A DNA stretch of 64,000 nucleotides from a virus (IMGVR_UViG_3300025889_000070); one strand, 5' to 3'; shown: positions 34,911-44,809, counted from the first letter of the stretch. Notes: a model not told the origin generated them from the sequence alone. Numbers and translations: made by a program.

Positions 34911-36378
34911 TTTTTTCGTAACTTATCTTTAACCTTTTTAAATGACTGTCGGCGTTCCAAACATGGTATCCTAAATCTACTACATGCTCTTGTAACTCTA
35001 TACGTCTACGGATACGTTCTCTTAGCGTTAAGTCTGGATTGTCTGGCATTAGCCAGTTAAGACCAACCCGATCTCCTGTATCACCTAGGTGCATTAATCC
35101 TAGATCTGTCATTTCATTAAACAAAGGAGTTCCTTCATCTACACTTAATGTAGCACCTAAATTTAGTCCTCTAATTGTTCCATTTAGGGCATATTTTTTA
35201 AAATTAGTAAACATGTCCAGTGTTTGTTGATGATCTTCTTGTCGTTCAGTAGGATATCCACAAATCATACTAAAGAAACAGTTTAAGTTGTTCTTGTCAA
35301 GTTGGTCAATTACCGCGGCAAGTTCTGCTGTAGTAAACTGTTTACGCATGTGTTCTCTGACACGGTCACTGCCAGTCTCTGCTCCTATCATAACATGTGT
35401 GCATCCGGCACGTGCCATTAGTTGATAATCTTTTGGCGTTTGCTGGTTTAACCTTCTAACAATGAATTGGCCGTTAAATCGAAAGTGAGCGTCTGGTAAA
35501 TTATTTTTTTCATAATATTCAATAAGCGAAAACAGTAATTGTCTGAATGCTTTCATACTCCCATTAATTAAACTGTCAGTAAAAGTAAACTGTGTTACTC
35601 CATACTTTTCATAGTTCGTAATCATTTCTTCTGCTAGTACATGCCCACTACGAAACGTAAACTTTTTCCAATGTTCATGTATATCACAAAAACTGCATGC
35701 TCTTACACAGCCGCGGCTCCCGTTAACAGGAAGCATCTTTAATCCGTCATCATATTGATAGTTTAGTTCTATTAAATCGTCATACTCAGGAAAAGGTATA
35801 GTGTCTAAACTTAATTGCTTATAACTGTCATTATTAATACCAGGATACTGATCGTTTCCTGTTAAAAGTTCTACGAGTGCTATCTCGCCATCACCTCTAA
35901 TAAAATAATCAATCTGGTTTAAGTTTAGCATCTCTGCACCAAAGTCGTTGTATGCACTTGCAATACCATTGGTGCTAATACCAGCACCGCCTATAACTAT
36001 TTTTCCAGTGTATTTCTGTTTTAGTTTTTTAGTAAACAGCCTAGTGGCAAGTTGACACATCATTGTAAACACACTAATGCCAACAACCCTGGGATTTATT
36101 TCTATAACATCATCCACCCAGGAATCAAGTATTTGATCTACTCTAGCATCAATCTCAGGATCTCCATGAGTAGCTTCACTAAAATAATCAAAGAATTTTG
36201 AGTAGTCACTGCCAGTTTTGTTAAACAAATCTAAATTTAAATCTAGAATTGTACAAGTAAAACCAGCATCAACTACACTTCCTTTGAGCTGACTAGTGCC
36301 TGCCGGAGGATACTGTAACCCACTTATGGGTATATTAATTAGTAAAATGTCTAAATTATCGGTTAGCATTGTATTCAC
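34891..36378 (-). CDS. Cobalamin-dependent (class B) radical SAM protein
   Basis: N-terminal B12-binding-like domain (GISVF, IVIGGAG, GDGE), SRGCVRACSFC and GAETGS. Confidence 0.9.
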   Translation of the reverse strand: MNTMLTDNLDILLINIPISGLQYPPAGTSQLKGSVVDAGFTCTILDLNLDLFNKTGSDYSKFFDYFSEATHGDPEIDARVDQILDSWVDDVIEINPRVVGISVFTMMCQLATRLFTKKLKQKYTGKIVIGGAGISTNGIASAYNDFGAEMLNLNQIDYFIRGDGEIALVELLTGNDQYPGINNDSYKQLSLDTIPFPEYDDLIELNYQYDDGLKMLPVNGSRGCVRACSFCDIHEHWKKFTFRSGHVLAEEMITNYEKYGVTQFTFTDSLINGSMKAFRQLLFSLIEYYEKNNLPDAHFRFNGQFIVRRLNQQTPKDYQLMARAGCTHVMIGAETGSDRVREHMRKQFTTAELAAVIDQLDKNNLNCFFSMICGYPTERQEDHQQTLDMFTNFKKYALNGTIRGLNLGATLSVDEGTPLFNEMTDLGLMHLGDTGDRVGLNWLMPDNPDLTLRERIRRRIELQEHVVDLGYHVWNADSHLKRLKISYEKIANGTY

Positions 36379-37717
36379 ATGTACTCCAAAACTCAGTCAT
36401 CTCCGGAAACGTTTCTAAAAAGTTAGTATTTCTTCGGCGATCATGTTCTCTAAAGAAACGATAAAAGTCTGCACGTTTACGCTCTATATCGTCAGTGCCG
36501 GCTTTCATCCAAGCTAAATCTCTTTTCATTTTTAAAACTTCATAGTCCTTGAATCCATGACTATTATGAAGATTTTCTTCCATAAACTCAATACAGTCTG
36601 TTAAACATACCTCATATGCTGGCGGTAATATCTGCATGCTTTGCCAATCAGGCGTGTATAATAACGGAGTATCAAACCATACACGCTGATAAGTTTTTGT
36701 ATATGTTTTGCGTAGGTAAAGTATATGTTCAAGTAATCGCTTTAACCCAATAATGTTTAAATTGCTCATTGTTATTATAAAAGTAAGACTTGAACGTTCT
36801 GGAACTTCATTTATAAAACGTTCAACTCTATTTATAGCAACATCAAAGTCCAGACCATGACGTATATATTCTGCTTGTGCTCCCCAGGTATCTAGACTAA
36901 CAAACTGCATAAAATGTTCTACTGTGCCTGGAAGTTTAGTAATGCGTTTTACATAGTCCAAATATTTTTCAAATAATTGCTGTTCAACACTAAAATTACT
37001 AGTAACATTCAGGTGTAGGTCTGGCTTGGGATTTTCTAACACATAATCAAATACACGAAAGGTATTGGGATCCATTAATGGCTCACCACCTGTCATACGA
37101 AAGTGTTTTAGGTCTTTATATAAATCAGGCCACCAACGCCAAAATGCTTTGCGATATGGATTAGCTTCTCTTTTAGGTATTGGTTTACGATCACCTGTAA
37201 AGTATTCAGGATCATTATGTGGCTTCTGTGTAGGATATGCTCCGTGGTCACGGGATTCACGTTCCCAGGTTGAACTAAACTGTGGACTACAATAACTACA
37301 TTTCAAGTTACAACTATGACTAAAATTTACTTCAACATAACTTGGGTTAACGTCTGCTTCAGGGTTGGCCACAATGTCGTCAAATGCTTCCATAGCCCAG
37401 GGTTCACCACTGCGATAATGACGATCACTGAGGTCACCGTTTTTCTCAATGTTCCAGCAGTAGTTACATTCAGTGCACTTAACACCCGCCATCATTTCAG
37501 CACGGCGCTCTTTCTTATGTGCAGTATTATGTAGGGCACTTGGATTTTCTGCAAGCGGCTCAGTAGGAATACGATGCAGTGGAGGATGATAGCAACTATT
37601 GGTATGCCCTGTTGTTAGATGTAGGCTTACCTGCTTCCATTTAGCCAAACAGAAACTGCCACTAACACCTGCTAGTTTTGCTTTTGCAATTTGTGCATCA
37701 CTAAGGTATTCACTCAT
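36356..37717 (-). CDS. Radical SAM protein (SFCxAKW subfamily)
   Basis: SFCLAKW...SCYH, CNYC, CNLKCSYC and GGEPL. Confidence 0.92.
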   Translation of the reverse strand: MSEYLSDAQIAKAKLAGVSGSFCLAKWKQVSLHLTTGHTNSCYHPPLHRIPTEPLAENPSALHNTAHKKERRAEMMAGVKCTECNYCWNIEKNGDLSDRHYRSGEPWAMEAFDDIVANPEADVNPSYVEVNFSHSCNLKCSYCSPQFSSTWERESRDHGAYPTQKPHNDPEYFTGDRKPIPKREANPYRKAFWRWWPDLYKDLKHFRMTGGEPLMDPNTFRVFDYVLENPKPDLHLNVTSNFSVEQQLFEKYLDYVKRITKLPGTVEHFMQFVSLDTWGAQAEYIRHGLDFDVAINRVERFINEVPERSSLTFIITMSNLNIIGLKRLLEHILYLRKTYTKTYQRVWFDTPLLYTPDWQSMQILPPAYEVCLTDCIEFMEENLHNSHGFKDYEVLKMKRDLAWMKAGTDDIERKRADFYRFFREHDRRRNTNFLETFPEMTEFWSTCEYNANR

Positions 37718-38291
37718 TTTCTAACAAATTCAATCTAAAACTTTCCGCAATAATATCTTCGTCTTTTCCGGCTACAATGTCTGTAACAGGTGCAAAAGGT
37801 CCCCACTCTTTAAAAATTAAGAGTGCCTGTTCAAAATTCTTATTTGTATGACTATATAATTCATCTCTAATAATTTTAGAAAACTTACAAGTATCATTAT
37901 CGATATCTATTAGAACGTCACACTGCTTGTCGGGTATATTATCTTCATAATACCTAACATTACCAACTATAGTATCAAACGCAGATTCAACTGTGTTTCC
38001 TGTCTCATTTTTCCAAAAGACATCATAAAATCTGTGCAAGGATTGATAAAAGTCCTGGGTCCATAATTTGTGGATTTCAAATTTTGGAAAATGCTTTCTT
38101 AAAGTAGTAATAGTTAAGTTATGACATGTATATATTTTTCCAAATTCTACATTAGTATTTTCATCTAGATGTTTACTAAGGCCATAATTATGAGTTTCAT
38201 AATTTTGTTTATGCCCAGTATAATCTAAATCTTGTAGCATTAGCCTATATCTATTAGTACCCACTCCTGGGTATCCACAAATTATAATCAC
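37710..38291 (-). CDS. Hypothetical protein with N-terminal P-loop-like motif
   Basis: IICGYPGVGT; could be kinase-like or sulfotransferase-like. Confidence 0.5.
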   Translation of the reverse strand: MIIICGYPGVGTNRYRLMLQDLDYTGHKQNYETHNYGLSKHLDENTNVEFGKIYTCHNLTITTLRKHFPKFEIHKLWTQDFYQSLHRFYDVFWKNETGNTVESAFDTIVGNVRYYEDNIPDKQCDVLIDIDNDTCKFSKIIRDELYSHTNKNFEQALLIFKEWGPFAPVTDIVAGKDEDIIAESFRLNLLENE

Positions 38292-39205
38292 CAGCCTTCT
38301 GCCTTTCTTATTACTTCTAATTCTGTAGTCATAGGATCGTATGCATGATAGGTCTGACTGTAATAGTGTTTGAAAAACTTACTTTCGTCTACCGAGTAAT
38401 CAACAATGGGTAATTCAAGTATGCGTCTTAATTTTGCTCCATATTCATAGAAGTTTGAGTCCAACCATTCCTGTTCCTGGTCCCACAAACGATCCAGTGC
38501 CCTAAAGTCTCTAACTTCATGCCAGTCCCAGTCTGTGAGCATAAGCATATAAGTGCCTTGACGAGCACCATACATTGCCTCAAAGCCATGTTCAGCATCT
38601 AAGCCAACACTTTGCCAGATACACAGTTTGTCAAAGTTCTTAGCATGCACCTGTTGCTTGAATTCTTCCAGTGTAGGCTTGCGTCCTTTATTAAGACACA
38701 TCTTAACCCCTTCTCTGAAACCAGCACGCCAGGCATGTTTAGCATCCCCGTTGGGGTAGGTAGTGCTGTACACATTATTCATTGCTAGGTATTTTTGATC
38801 AAAACAAAACTCAACCACAGTTTCGTCGGTACCATCAGTTTCTTCGTGCGTTTTCATGTCGTTAATAAATTCACGTGTCCAACAACTTAAACCACCATTA
38901 CCATACATAAGTCCGTTTACTGCATTGCGTGCTTTCCAACGAAATACACAATCCTCATACTCTGGTTTAATATCTAACTGTAGATCAAAAAAGTTACTGT
39001 CTGGAATATTATCGCCGTCAATTAGAATAAAACGTTCAGTGTCGCTGGCCGCGGCGGCGGCTTTGTGTGCTGCATCACTACCTTCAACACCATCCACACG
39101 TTTAGCCCAAGGAACCATATTTTGAATATTTACCCAAAACTCTTCCTTTTGTGGTTCATCATAGGTCAAAAAAATCGTGTCTAAATCCGCTATGTCAACC
39201 AGCAT
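38288..39205 (-). CDS. Glycosyltransferase-like protein
   Basis: FLTYDEP, GVEGSDAAHKAAA, FILIDGDN (DxD) and WRAGFREG; paralog of 21615-22859. Confidence 0.6.
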   Translation of the reverse strand: MLVDIADLDTIFLTYDEPQKEEFWVNIQNMVPWAKRVDGVEGSDAAHKAAAAASDTERFILIDGDNIPDSNFFDLQLDIKPEYEDCVFRWKARNAVNGLMYGNGGLSCWTREFINDMKTHEETDGTDETVVEFCFDQKYLAMNNVYSTTYPNGDAKHAWRAGFREGVKMCLNKGRKPTLEEFKQQVHAKNFDKLCIWQSVGLDAEHGFEAMYGARQGTYMLMLTDWDWHEVRDFRALDRLWDQEQEWLDSNFYEYGAKLRRILELPIVDYSVDESKFFKHYYSQTYHAYDPMTTELEVIRKAEGW

Positions 39206-40010
39206 CTTCCATTTCCCTGAGTAGTTTGCGTCGTTCTGCTCTAAGTTCTGCTTTGTCAAAATCTGACAAATGTAAGTCGTTGTTTAAATTTACAACTTCG
39301 CAGTTATAACTAAAACTCCAGCGTTCACCTTTGCTGCGGAAAGGACCAACACTGTGATTAAGCCAGGCTGGAAAACAATATAAGTCACCAACCCTGGGTT
39401 TAACCTTAAATTGTGCTAAACTCATGCCTGTACTTCTGCCATCCCAGAAGTTTATAAGCCCAGCACTGGGATCATGATCCTCTAATAACCATTCACGTTC
39501 AATATCGTCTGGCAATTTAAAGTATCCAACACCGCTAACAGTGCCAGTATGGGTGTGGGGAGGATTGAAGTCACCCGCTACACTAATATTTCCCCAAACT
39601 TGCTGAATGTTAACAGTAATATTCATGTTTTGTAATTGTCTGTCTACGAGTTCTACATGCTTGGGAGTTAATATGCCTTTCTTAAAACGCCACTCTACTA
39701 GTATACTACTAGCATAAAGTTGACTTGCGATATCTGCTAAACAGTTTGTTAGTAGCGGTGTTTTGTCTCCTAGTGTAGTTTCTTGAATTTTAAACTCACG
39801 ACGCATGTTACCAGCAAGAGCATAACTGTTATCGTCTTCCTCACTTATGTCCGATGAATCGCTGTATTTCTGGAATACTTGTTGCATTTCAGTCACTAGA
39901 TCATCCTCCATTGTAGTTTTAACAATGTTACAACTAAACGGCCTAATCACTTCATATTTTTCGTCTACAGTTACCCCAAGTCTATCTTGAACTTCATTCA
40001 ACATCATCAA
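39195..40010 (-). CDS. 2OG-Fe(II) oxygenase (TIGR02466-like)
   Basis: WGN...FNPPHTH..SGVGY, GDLYCFPAWLNHSVGPF and RWSFSYN. Confidence 0.85.
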   Translation of the reverse strand: MMMLNEVQDRLGVTVDEKYEVIRPFSCNIVKTTMEDDLVTEMQQVFQKYSDSSDISEEDDNSYALAGNMRREFKIQETTLGDKTPLLTNCLADIASQLYASSILVEWRFKKGILTPKHVELVDRQLQNMNITVNIQQVWGNISVAGDFNPPHTHTGTVSGVGYFKLPDDIEREWLLEDHDPSAGLINFWDGRSTGMSLAQFKVKPRVGDLYCFPAWLNHSVGPFRSKGERWSFSYNCEVVNLNNDLHLSDFDKAELRAERRKLLREMEDAG

Positions 40011-40347
40011 GTTCCTTTATACAAAAAAACGGATTATTCTCCAGTGTTTGTGCTGGTGTCTTTTTCCAGTATATATTTTGTGCAGTTTCAATTTTAGCCA
40101 GTTTTCCATCTATAATTCTATGATTAACACTACTAGCATGAAAACTTTTATCAATAATTATATAAGGTTCTGTCCATATAGTATCCACAGTAACAGTGTC
40201 AGCGCGGCTTGTATCAAACTCCCCAGTGTCTTCATTATACGGCAATCTACGCTCTAGAGCAATTTTTGTTTTATTAAATGCTGCTAATGCCCTAGTTAGT
40301 TCACCAAATTCATCGTTATAGTCCCAGTCTTCGCTCATATCTTTCAA
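39994..40347 (-). CDS. Hypothetical protein
   Basis: ORF packed in the operon. Confidence 0.65.
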   Translation of the reverse strand: MKDMSEDWDYNDEFGELTRALAAFNKTKIALERRLPYNEDTGEFDTSRADTVTVDTIWTEPYIIIDKSFHASSVNHRIIDGKLAKIETAQNIYWKKTPAQTLENNPFFCIKELDDVE

Positions 40348-41167
40348 TTAAATCCTCTGTACAAAAATCTTTTTGGTAATAGTGAAATGGATAATGCTGG
40401 GCAAATCCACCTAATATTAGATCCATGTCCTTGGTAAGTGTCCAGGGCACAGCATTTCTCCAATCCATGTTAGGATGCCAACCATTAACTGCCCCCTTCA
40501 TGTGCGTAAAGGTTGGATAACCTATTTTGGTGGTAAATCCAATATTACTGTTACAGAACTTGCTGATGGTGCTGGCAATACTAAAGATAACATCAGTATC
40601 AGGTACACTGTAAACATTACCGGCAAGAACACTATTTCCAAGGTTATTATAGTTTTCAACAATCCTCTTTGACAGTTTAAAAAACTCCACACTAGGCCTG
40701 GATAAACGAAAATACATAAAACCATTATAAATATTGCCCAAGCAATTAACATCAAAAAACCTCCTGTATGCTCTAGTATAACTGGGTCTGCCCTGATAAT
40801 CTCTTACTGTATTAGTAAACACAACATTCTGATTTCTGCATCCGTGCCACCAGTGATCTAGGTTGCGAGGAATTAGCATGTCACTTTCAATTTTGAAAGT
40901 TTCTTTGAATGGCGTAAGATCCAGTGCTTGACATTCTAGAGCATAGGGATTACTAGACTTTGGCACCACCCTTATATAATCAAATACACCACGCTGCCTG
41001 TCTGTTAAAGTTTCTGCTGATTCTTCATCAACTACTACAGCAAACTTATTTATAGAGCAGGTTAACTTAATACTAAGAGCGAGCAAGTATGCTTGATTAA
41101 CATAGTTAACAGTGTCTGAGTTTTGTGCAAAAGTTAGCCAACCCTGCGCTTCATCTTTGGCTAGCAT
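40316..41167 (-). CDS. GT8-like glycosyltransferase
   Basis: TPFKETFKIESDML (DxD-like), YNGFMYF, DTDVIF and FTHMKG. Confidence 0.65.
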   Translation of the reverse strand: MLAKDEAQGWLTFAQNSDTVNYVNQAYLLALSIKLTCSINKFAVVVDEESAETLTDRQRGVFDYIRVVPKSSNPYALECQALDLTPFKETFKIESDMLIPRNLDHWWHGCRNQNVVFTNTVRDYQGRPSYTRAYRRFFDVNCLGNIYNGFMYFRLSRPSVEFFKLSKRIVENYNNLGNSVLAGNVYSVPDTDVIFSIASTISKFCNSNIGFTTKIGYPTFTHMKGAVNGWHPNMDWRNAVPWTLTKDMDLILGGFAQHYPFHYYQKDFCTEDLIERYERRLGL

Positions 41168-41936
41168 ATTGATCTAGTGCTCCATATATTTCTGGATTCT
41201 GTAAACATTTTTTATTCATACAGTGTAGGTTTACACCCTGTATTTTTACAGCATTGTACTTGTCACCGTATCTATAACGTATCAGCAACTTGTCGCCTTC
41301 TACTTTATATATGCTATCTTCGGTGCTTAAACTTGCTAGCGGATGATTAAAGTATGTGCCACTGCTATAACCATTCATAAGTTGATGTGCTACAGTTAAA
41401 CTAAAATCATTGCGATATTTTCCCGCCTTAAAACCGTATAGTTTAGCATAGTAACGCCAATTTGCTTGTATGTTTTTCATGGTTTCAAATATGCGATGTG
41501 CTAGTTCACATTTACGAAAATAGACTACTGTAGCCCAGAGCATGGGCAATCCAGATCTGGTCATTACGTAGTCATTTTTAAAACTATTAGTTTGTGTTAC
41601 GTCCCACACACTATTATAACAGAGAAATTCGTGGTTGCTGGAAAAGTATTGTTTTAAATTATCATTAAATGTAAGATAGTCTACATCTATTAAAAGTGTT
41701 TCGTCGTAGGGAGATAGATCAAAAGCCAGTGTTCTATCACTGTTATACCAGGGCACCGTAACTATCTCGTTGTTATGCCAACGGAATGCTCTAGTATTGC
41801 CTGGCCGTGCTTCACCTACATGTATATGCGTTTCAATGTCTAAATGTTTTTCTACAAGTTTGGCAGCTAGTTTAGCAAACCCTATGTAGTCTATTGTTTC
41901 ATGTGGTGTAGCAAGTAGTAGTGCACCCTTGCTCAT
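41151..41936 (-). CDS. GT8-like glycosyltransferase
   Basis: SPYDETLLIDVDYL (DxD), WATVVYF, RNDFS and HCMNK. Confidence 0.7.
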   Translation of the reverse strand: MSKGALLLATPHETIDYIGFAKLAAKLVEKHLDIETHIHVGEARPGNTRAFRWHNNEIVTVPWYNSDRTLAFDLSPYDETLLIDVDYLTFNDNLKQYFSSNHEFLCYNSVWDVTQTNSFKNDYVMTRSGLPMLWATVVYFRKCELAHRIFETMKNIQANWRYYAKLYGFKAGKYRNDFSLTVAHQLMNGYSSGTYFNHPLASLSTEDSIYKVEGDKLLIRYRYGDKYNAVKIQGVNLHCMNKKCLQNPEIYGALDQYASQR

Positions 41937-42259
41937 AATTGTTCTACACGTCTAACCTTTTTTAATTCTTCGTGCTGATTGTGCCAATCATTCATTACTT
42001 CGTACCAGCGTTGTCTACAGTGTACTAACATGTCACAAGCATCGGCAATCTTTACTGGATTATCATAGTCGTCTACAAGATATAGCAGTTCATCTGCTGG
42101 CCATGTTGCTAGTAGTGCCATTAGTTCTACAGTGATACGAAACTGACCACCATTATATGTGATAGTTAAGCGTTGTTCCTGTTGTTCTTTAAGTGTGAGT
42201 CGCTGACGATTATGATCTAATCGTTGGCGGGCAAATTCTTCAAATGTTTCCTGAGTCAT
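41933..42259 (-). CDS. Hypothetical protein, probably leaderless, first gene of the leftward cluster
   Basis: ATG at 42259 is 7 nt after the -10 box; no SD. Confidence 0.75.
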   Translation of the reverse strand: MTQETFEEFARQRLDHNRQRLTLKEQQEQRLTITYNGGQFRITVELMALLATWPADELLYLVDDYDNPVKIADACDMLVHCRQRWYEVMNDWHNQHEELKKVRRVEQL

Positions 42260-42265
42260 ACACAT

Positions 42266-42294
42266 AGTATAACAGGGGCTTTCGCCCCTGTCAA
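42266..42294 (-). promoter_or_regulatory. Sigma70 promoter whose spacer is a hairpin
   Basis: TTGACA-GGGGCGAAAGCCCCTGT-TATACT; ACAGGGGC-GAAA-GCCCCTGT is a perfect 8-bp stem. Confidence 0.85.
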
Positions 42295-42335
42295 CTTTTT
42301 ACCATAAACTTTAATATAATTGGCCCTATTTAAGA

Positions 42336-43325
42336 TTAAGACTCTGAATTTGTTACAGTTGCCCAGGTTAGTGTACCCCAGGTTGCTGAAATAAACGTTG
42401 TTGCTGGTGGTGTTGCTGCAAATACGTCAGCTTTATCTCCATCAACTTGGTCAAGAACGTTATAAATGTTTTTTGCATAACTGGTTTGATCAGTTTCAGC
42501 ATCGCTCCATGTACATTTTAGATGAACAACGGCGCCGTTGTTACCCCTACCATCAGCATGAGCTGTGTCAACTTTGGCTTCTAACTGCCAGAAGTTTGTT
42601 GTGTAAGGAGCAGTATCAGAGAATTGCTTGTAAAGCTCTGTATAAGCTGTTGTTAGATCATAATAACCAGTGTTATTAGCAATGGTTGGTGTTCCACTTC
42701 CGCCGTTCTTTTCTGTGGTTGTAGCACGTAGTCTGACACTTCCAATTAGTGTATTTACAGTGTCTTCCCATTCATTGTACTTATCATCAGTAAAGAAAGG
42801 TGCTGGGGATGGGCCACCAACAGACGTAGTACCGCCTGAAAGACTGGGGTTAACATCAATGTAACCGCCGGCATTAAAGAAGTAACGAGCTTCGTCACCA
42901 CCATCAAATGTTAGTGTTGCTTCGTGTACAATAGTTGATGAAAATGTGCCAGAGCTTGTTAATGTCAAGTCTGTGCTAGCACCAGTACTAGCGTTAACAC
43001 TACCACCAGCTACGCTTGTGTCAAGTGTACCAATGTCCGTTGCGAGAGCAGTAATAGCTGTAATAAGATCACTGGTTGATGGGTTAGTGACACTATCAAC
43101 TGTAATGTTACCATCATCTACTGTATGATCGCTGATGCTTTTGATTCTTGTTAGTAGGGTAGCCCACTGTGTAGCTGTAATTGTGTTGCCGTCAGCTACT
43201 GTGCTGATTGTGGTTGTTTGTCCCCAGCCTCTAATTCCAGTGCTCTGACCCCATAATGCATTGACACTAGTTACAAATCCATTGTAGTGAGTGTCTAGAA
43301 TTGTATCACCTGTTTGATATGCCAT
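42336..43325 (-). CDS. Virion tail/baseplate-associated protein
   Basis: MAYQTGDTI N-terminus; Thr/Gly-rich; lies in the structural block. Confidence 0.7.
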   Translation of the reverse strand: MAYQTGDTILDTHYNGFVTSVNALWGQSTGIRGWGQTTTISTVADGNTITATQWATLLTRIKSISDHTVDDGNITVDSVTNPSTSDLITAITALATDIGTLDTSVAGGSVNASTGASTDLTLTSSGTFSSTIVHEATLTFDGGDEARYFFNAGGYIDVNPSLSGGTTSVGGPSPAPFFTDDKYNEWEDTVNTLIGSVRLRATTTEKNGGSGTPTIANNTGYYDLTTAYTELYKQFSDTAPYTTNFWQLEAKVDTAHADGRGNNGAVVHLKCTWSDAETDQTSYAKNIYNVLDQVDGDKADVFAATPPATTFISATWGTLTWATVTNSES

Positions 43326-43337
43326 ATTATATAATCC

Positions 43338-44774
43338 TTAATTTATGGTAACAAAGGCTTCTACTGTGCCTTCTTGTTCTGTTGATTTAGATTCAATAGC
43401 ACGTCCAATTACATTAAATGCTGTTGCTTCGCCTGGTTGTGCTGCTCTTGCTAGACCATTGCCTGCGCTAACAAGTCTATCACCTTTATTTACAGTACCT
43501 AGTACTCTAACTGGTACACGACCGGTTACAGCAACTGGTAGACCATCTTCTAGTCCAGCGTTCATTAGGTAAGCTGGCTTCTCAGAGATAACACCAAATA
43601 CCTGCTCGCTGGCTTCTTCGTTTACACGAGTAATTTCTTCCGCACCACCTAGTGCAACAACTGTGCCTGGTGCATACTGTGAGTCTGCTGAGAAATTTTC
43701 TGCAACGTCAGCGTATTGTGCTGCGGTACTAGTTCCATTAAATGTTGTAGCAAATACTGTAGAAATTCTAGAACCACTGCTACCAAAATTAACAGTGCCA
43801 CTTACGAGAATATTACCTGTCATTGTGCCACCGGAGGTAAGTAGAGAACCTGCTCCGCTTACTTGACTATCAACGTATGCTTTTGTAGCTGCGTCTGCAC
43901 TGGCAGTTGGTGTTGCTAGACTAGTAATCTTTTTACTACTAACATCAACAGTGCCGTTTCCATTTGGAGCAAGAATAATGCTGCCGTTTGTGTTTGTGTT
44001 TGTAAACACTGGGTTGCTACTACCGTTAACAGTAATAGTTAAGTCACTGTCTACACCAACAACTAAACCAGTATCATTAAGAACACTTAGTACACCACTG
44101 GTGCTATCGTTTGCATTGCTGCGTAGATAGTTTGCTGCGGCAACGCCACCAAGCGCATCTGCATCAGTTGCTGTGCCTTGTAGCTTGGCACCTGTAACTG
44201 TTGAACTAAGTTGAATACCGGGTTTAATAGTTGTAAATCCGCTTAAGGCTGCTTGTGGAGTAAATTCTGTGTCTTTACTGACTGTACCAACTACAGTATT
44301 GCTTACATATAGTTTTACAACTACGTGATCAGCACTAGCGTTGTCAGTTACAACTTCAACAATGGCCCCTGAAGTTCCTGAACCGCTGGTAAATGCTGGA
44401 CCAATTGTGGTAAAGCTACTACCATTGTAAACTTTTAACTGACCATTTGTAGTATCCCACCACAAATCCCCAGTTACACTGTTACTTGGAGCACTTGCAC
44501 TTGCTGTGCTTGAACTAACAGTTTTAAATGCGGTGCCTGTATAAACTTTGAGCAGACTGTTTGTAGTATCCCACCACATTTGGCCTGCTAGAGGTGAACT
44601 GGGTGCGCTACTATTTGCAAAATTCTCTAGCAGTTTTACGTAGTTTTCATTAAGAAACTCGCCGTAACCTGCGTAGTTTTTACCAATTAGTACTAAATCT
44701 GTTGTTGTGTTAATTGTTCCGTCTGAAACAGTTGCTAGAACAGATCCGTTGGTTTTGTTGACCGTATATGCCAT
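43338..44774 (-). CDS. Tail fibre/baseplate protein with C-terminal intramolecular chaperone-like domain
   Basis: GKNYAGYGEFLNEN, repeated GxxWWDTT, and C-terminal YADVAE...VAVTGRVPVRV. Confidence 0.8.
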   Translation of the reverse strand: MAYTVNKTNGSVLATVSDGTINTTTDLVLIGKNYAGYGEFLNENYVKLLENFANSSAPSSPLAGQMWWDTTNSLLKVYTGTAFKTVSSSTASASAPSNSVTGDLWWDTTNGQLKVYNGSSFTTIGPAFTSGSGTSGAIVEVVTDNASADHVVVKLYVSNTVVGTVSKDTEFTPQAALSGFTTIKPGIQLSSTVTGAKLQGTATDADALGGVAAANYLRSNANDSTSGVLSVLNDTGLVVGVDSDLTITVNGSSNPVFTNTNTNGSIILAPNGNGTVDVSSKKITSLATPTASADAATKAYVDSQVSGAGSLLTSGGTMTGNILVSGTVNFGSSGSRISTVFATTFNGTSTAAQYADVAENFSADSQYAPGTVVALGGAEEITRVNEEASEQVFGVISEKPAYLMNAGLEDGLPVAVTGRVPVRVLGTVNKGDRLVSAGNGLARAAQPGEATAFNVIGRAIESKSTEQEGTVEAFVTIN

Positions 44775-44801
44775 TGTTTTAATTCTCCACGAACTTAAAT
44801 T

Positions 44802-44809
44802 TATTTATC
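44802..44809 (-). promoter_or_regulatory. T4-late-like promoter motif GATAAATA
   Basis: Intergenic, upstream of the 44774 tail gene. Confidence 0.55.
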
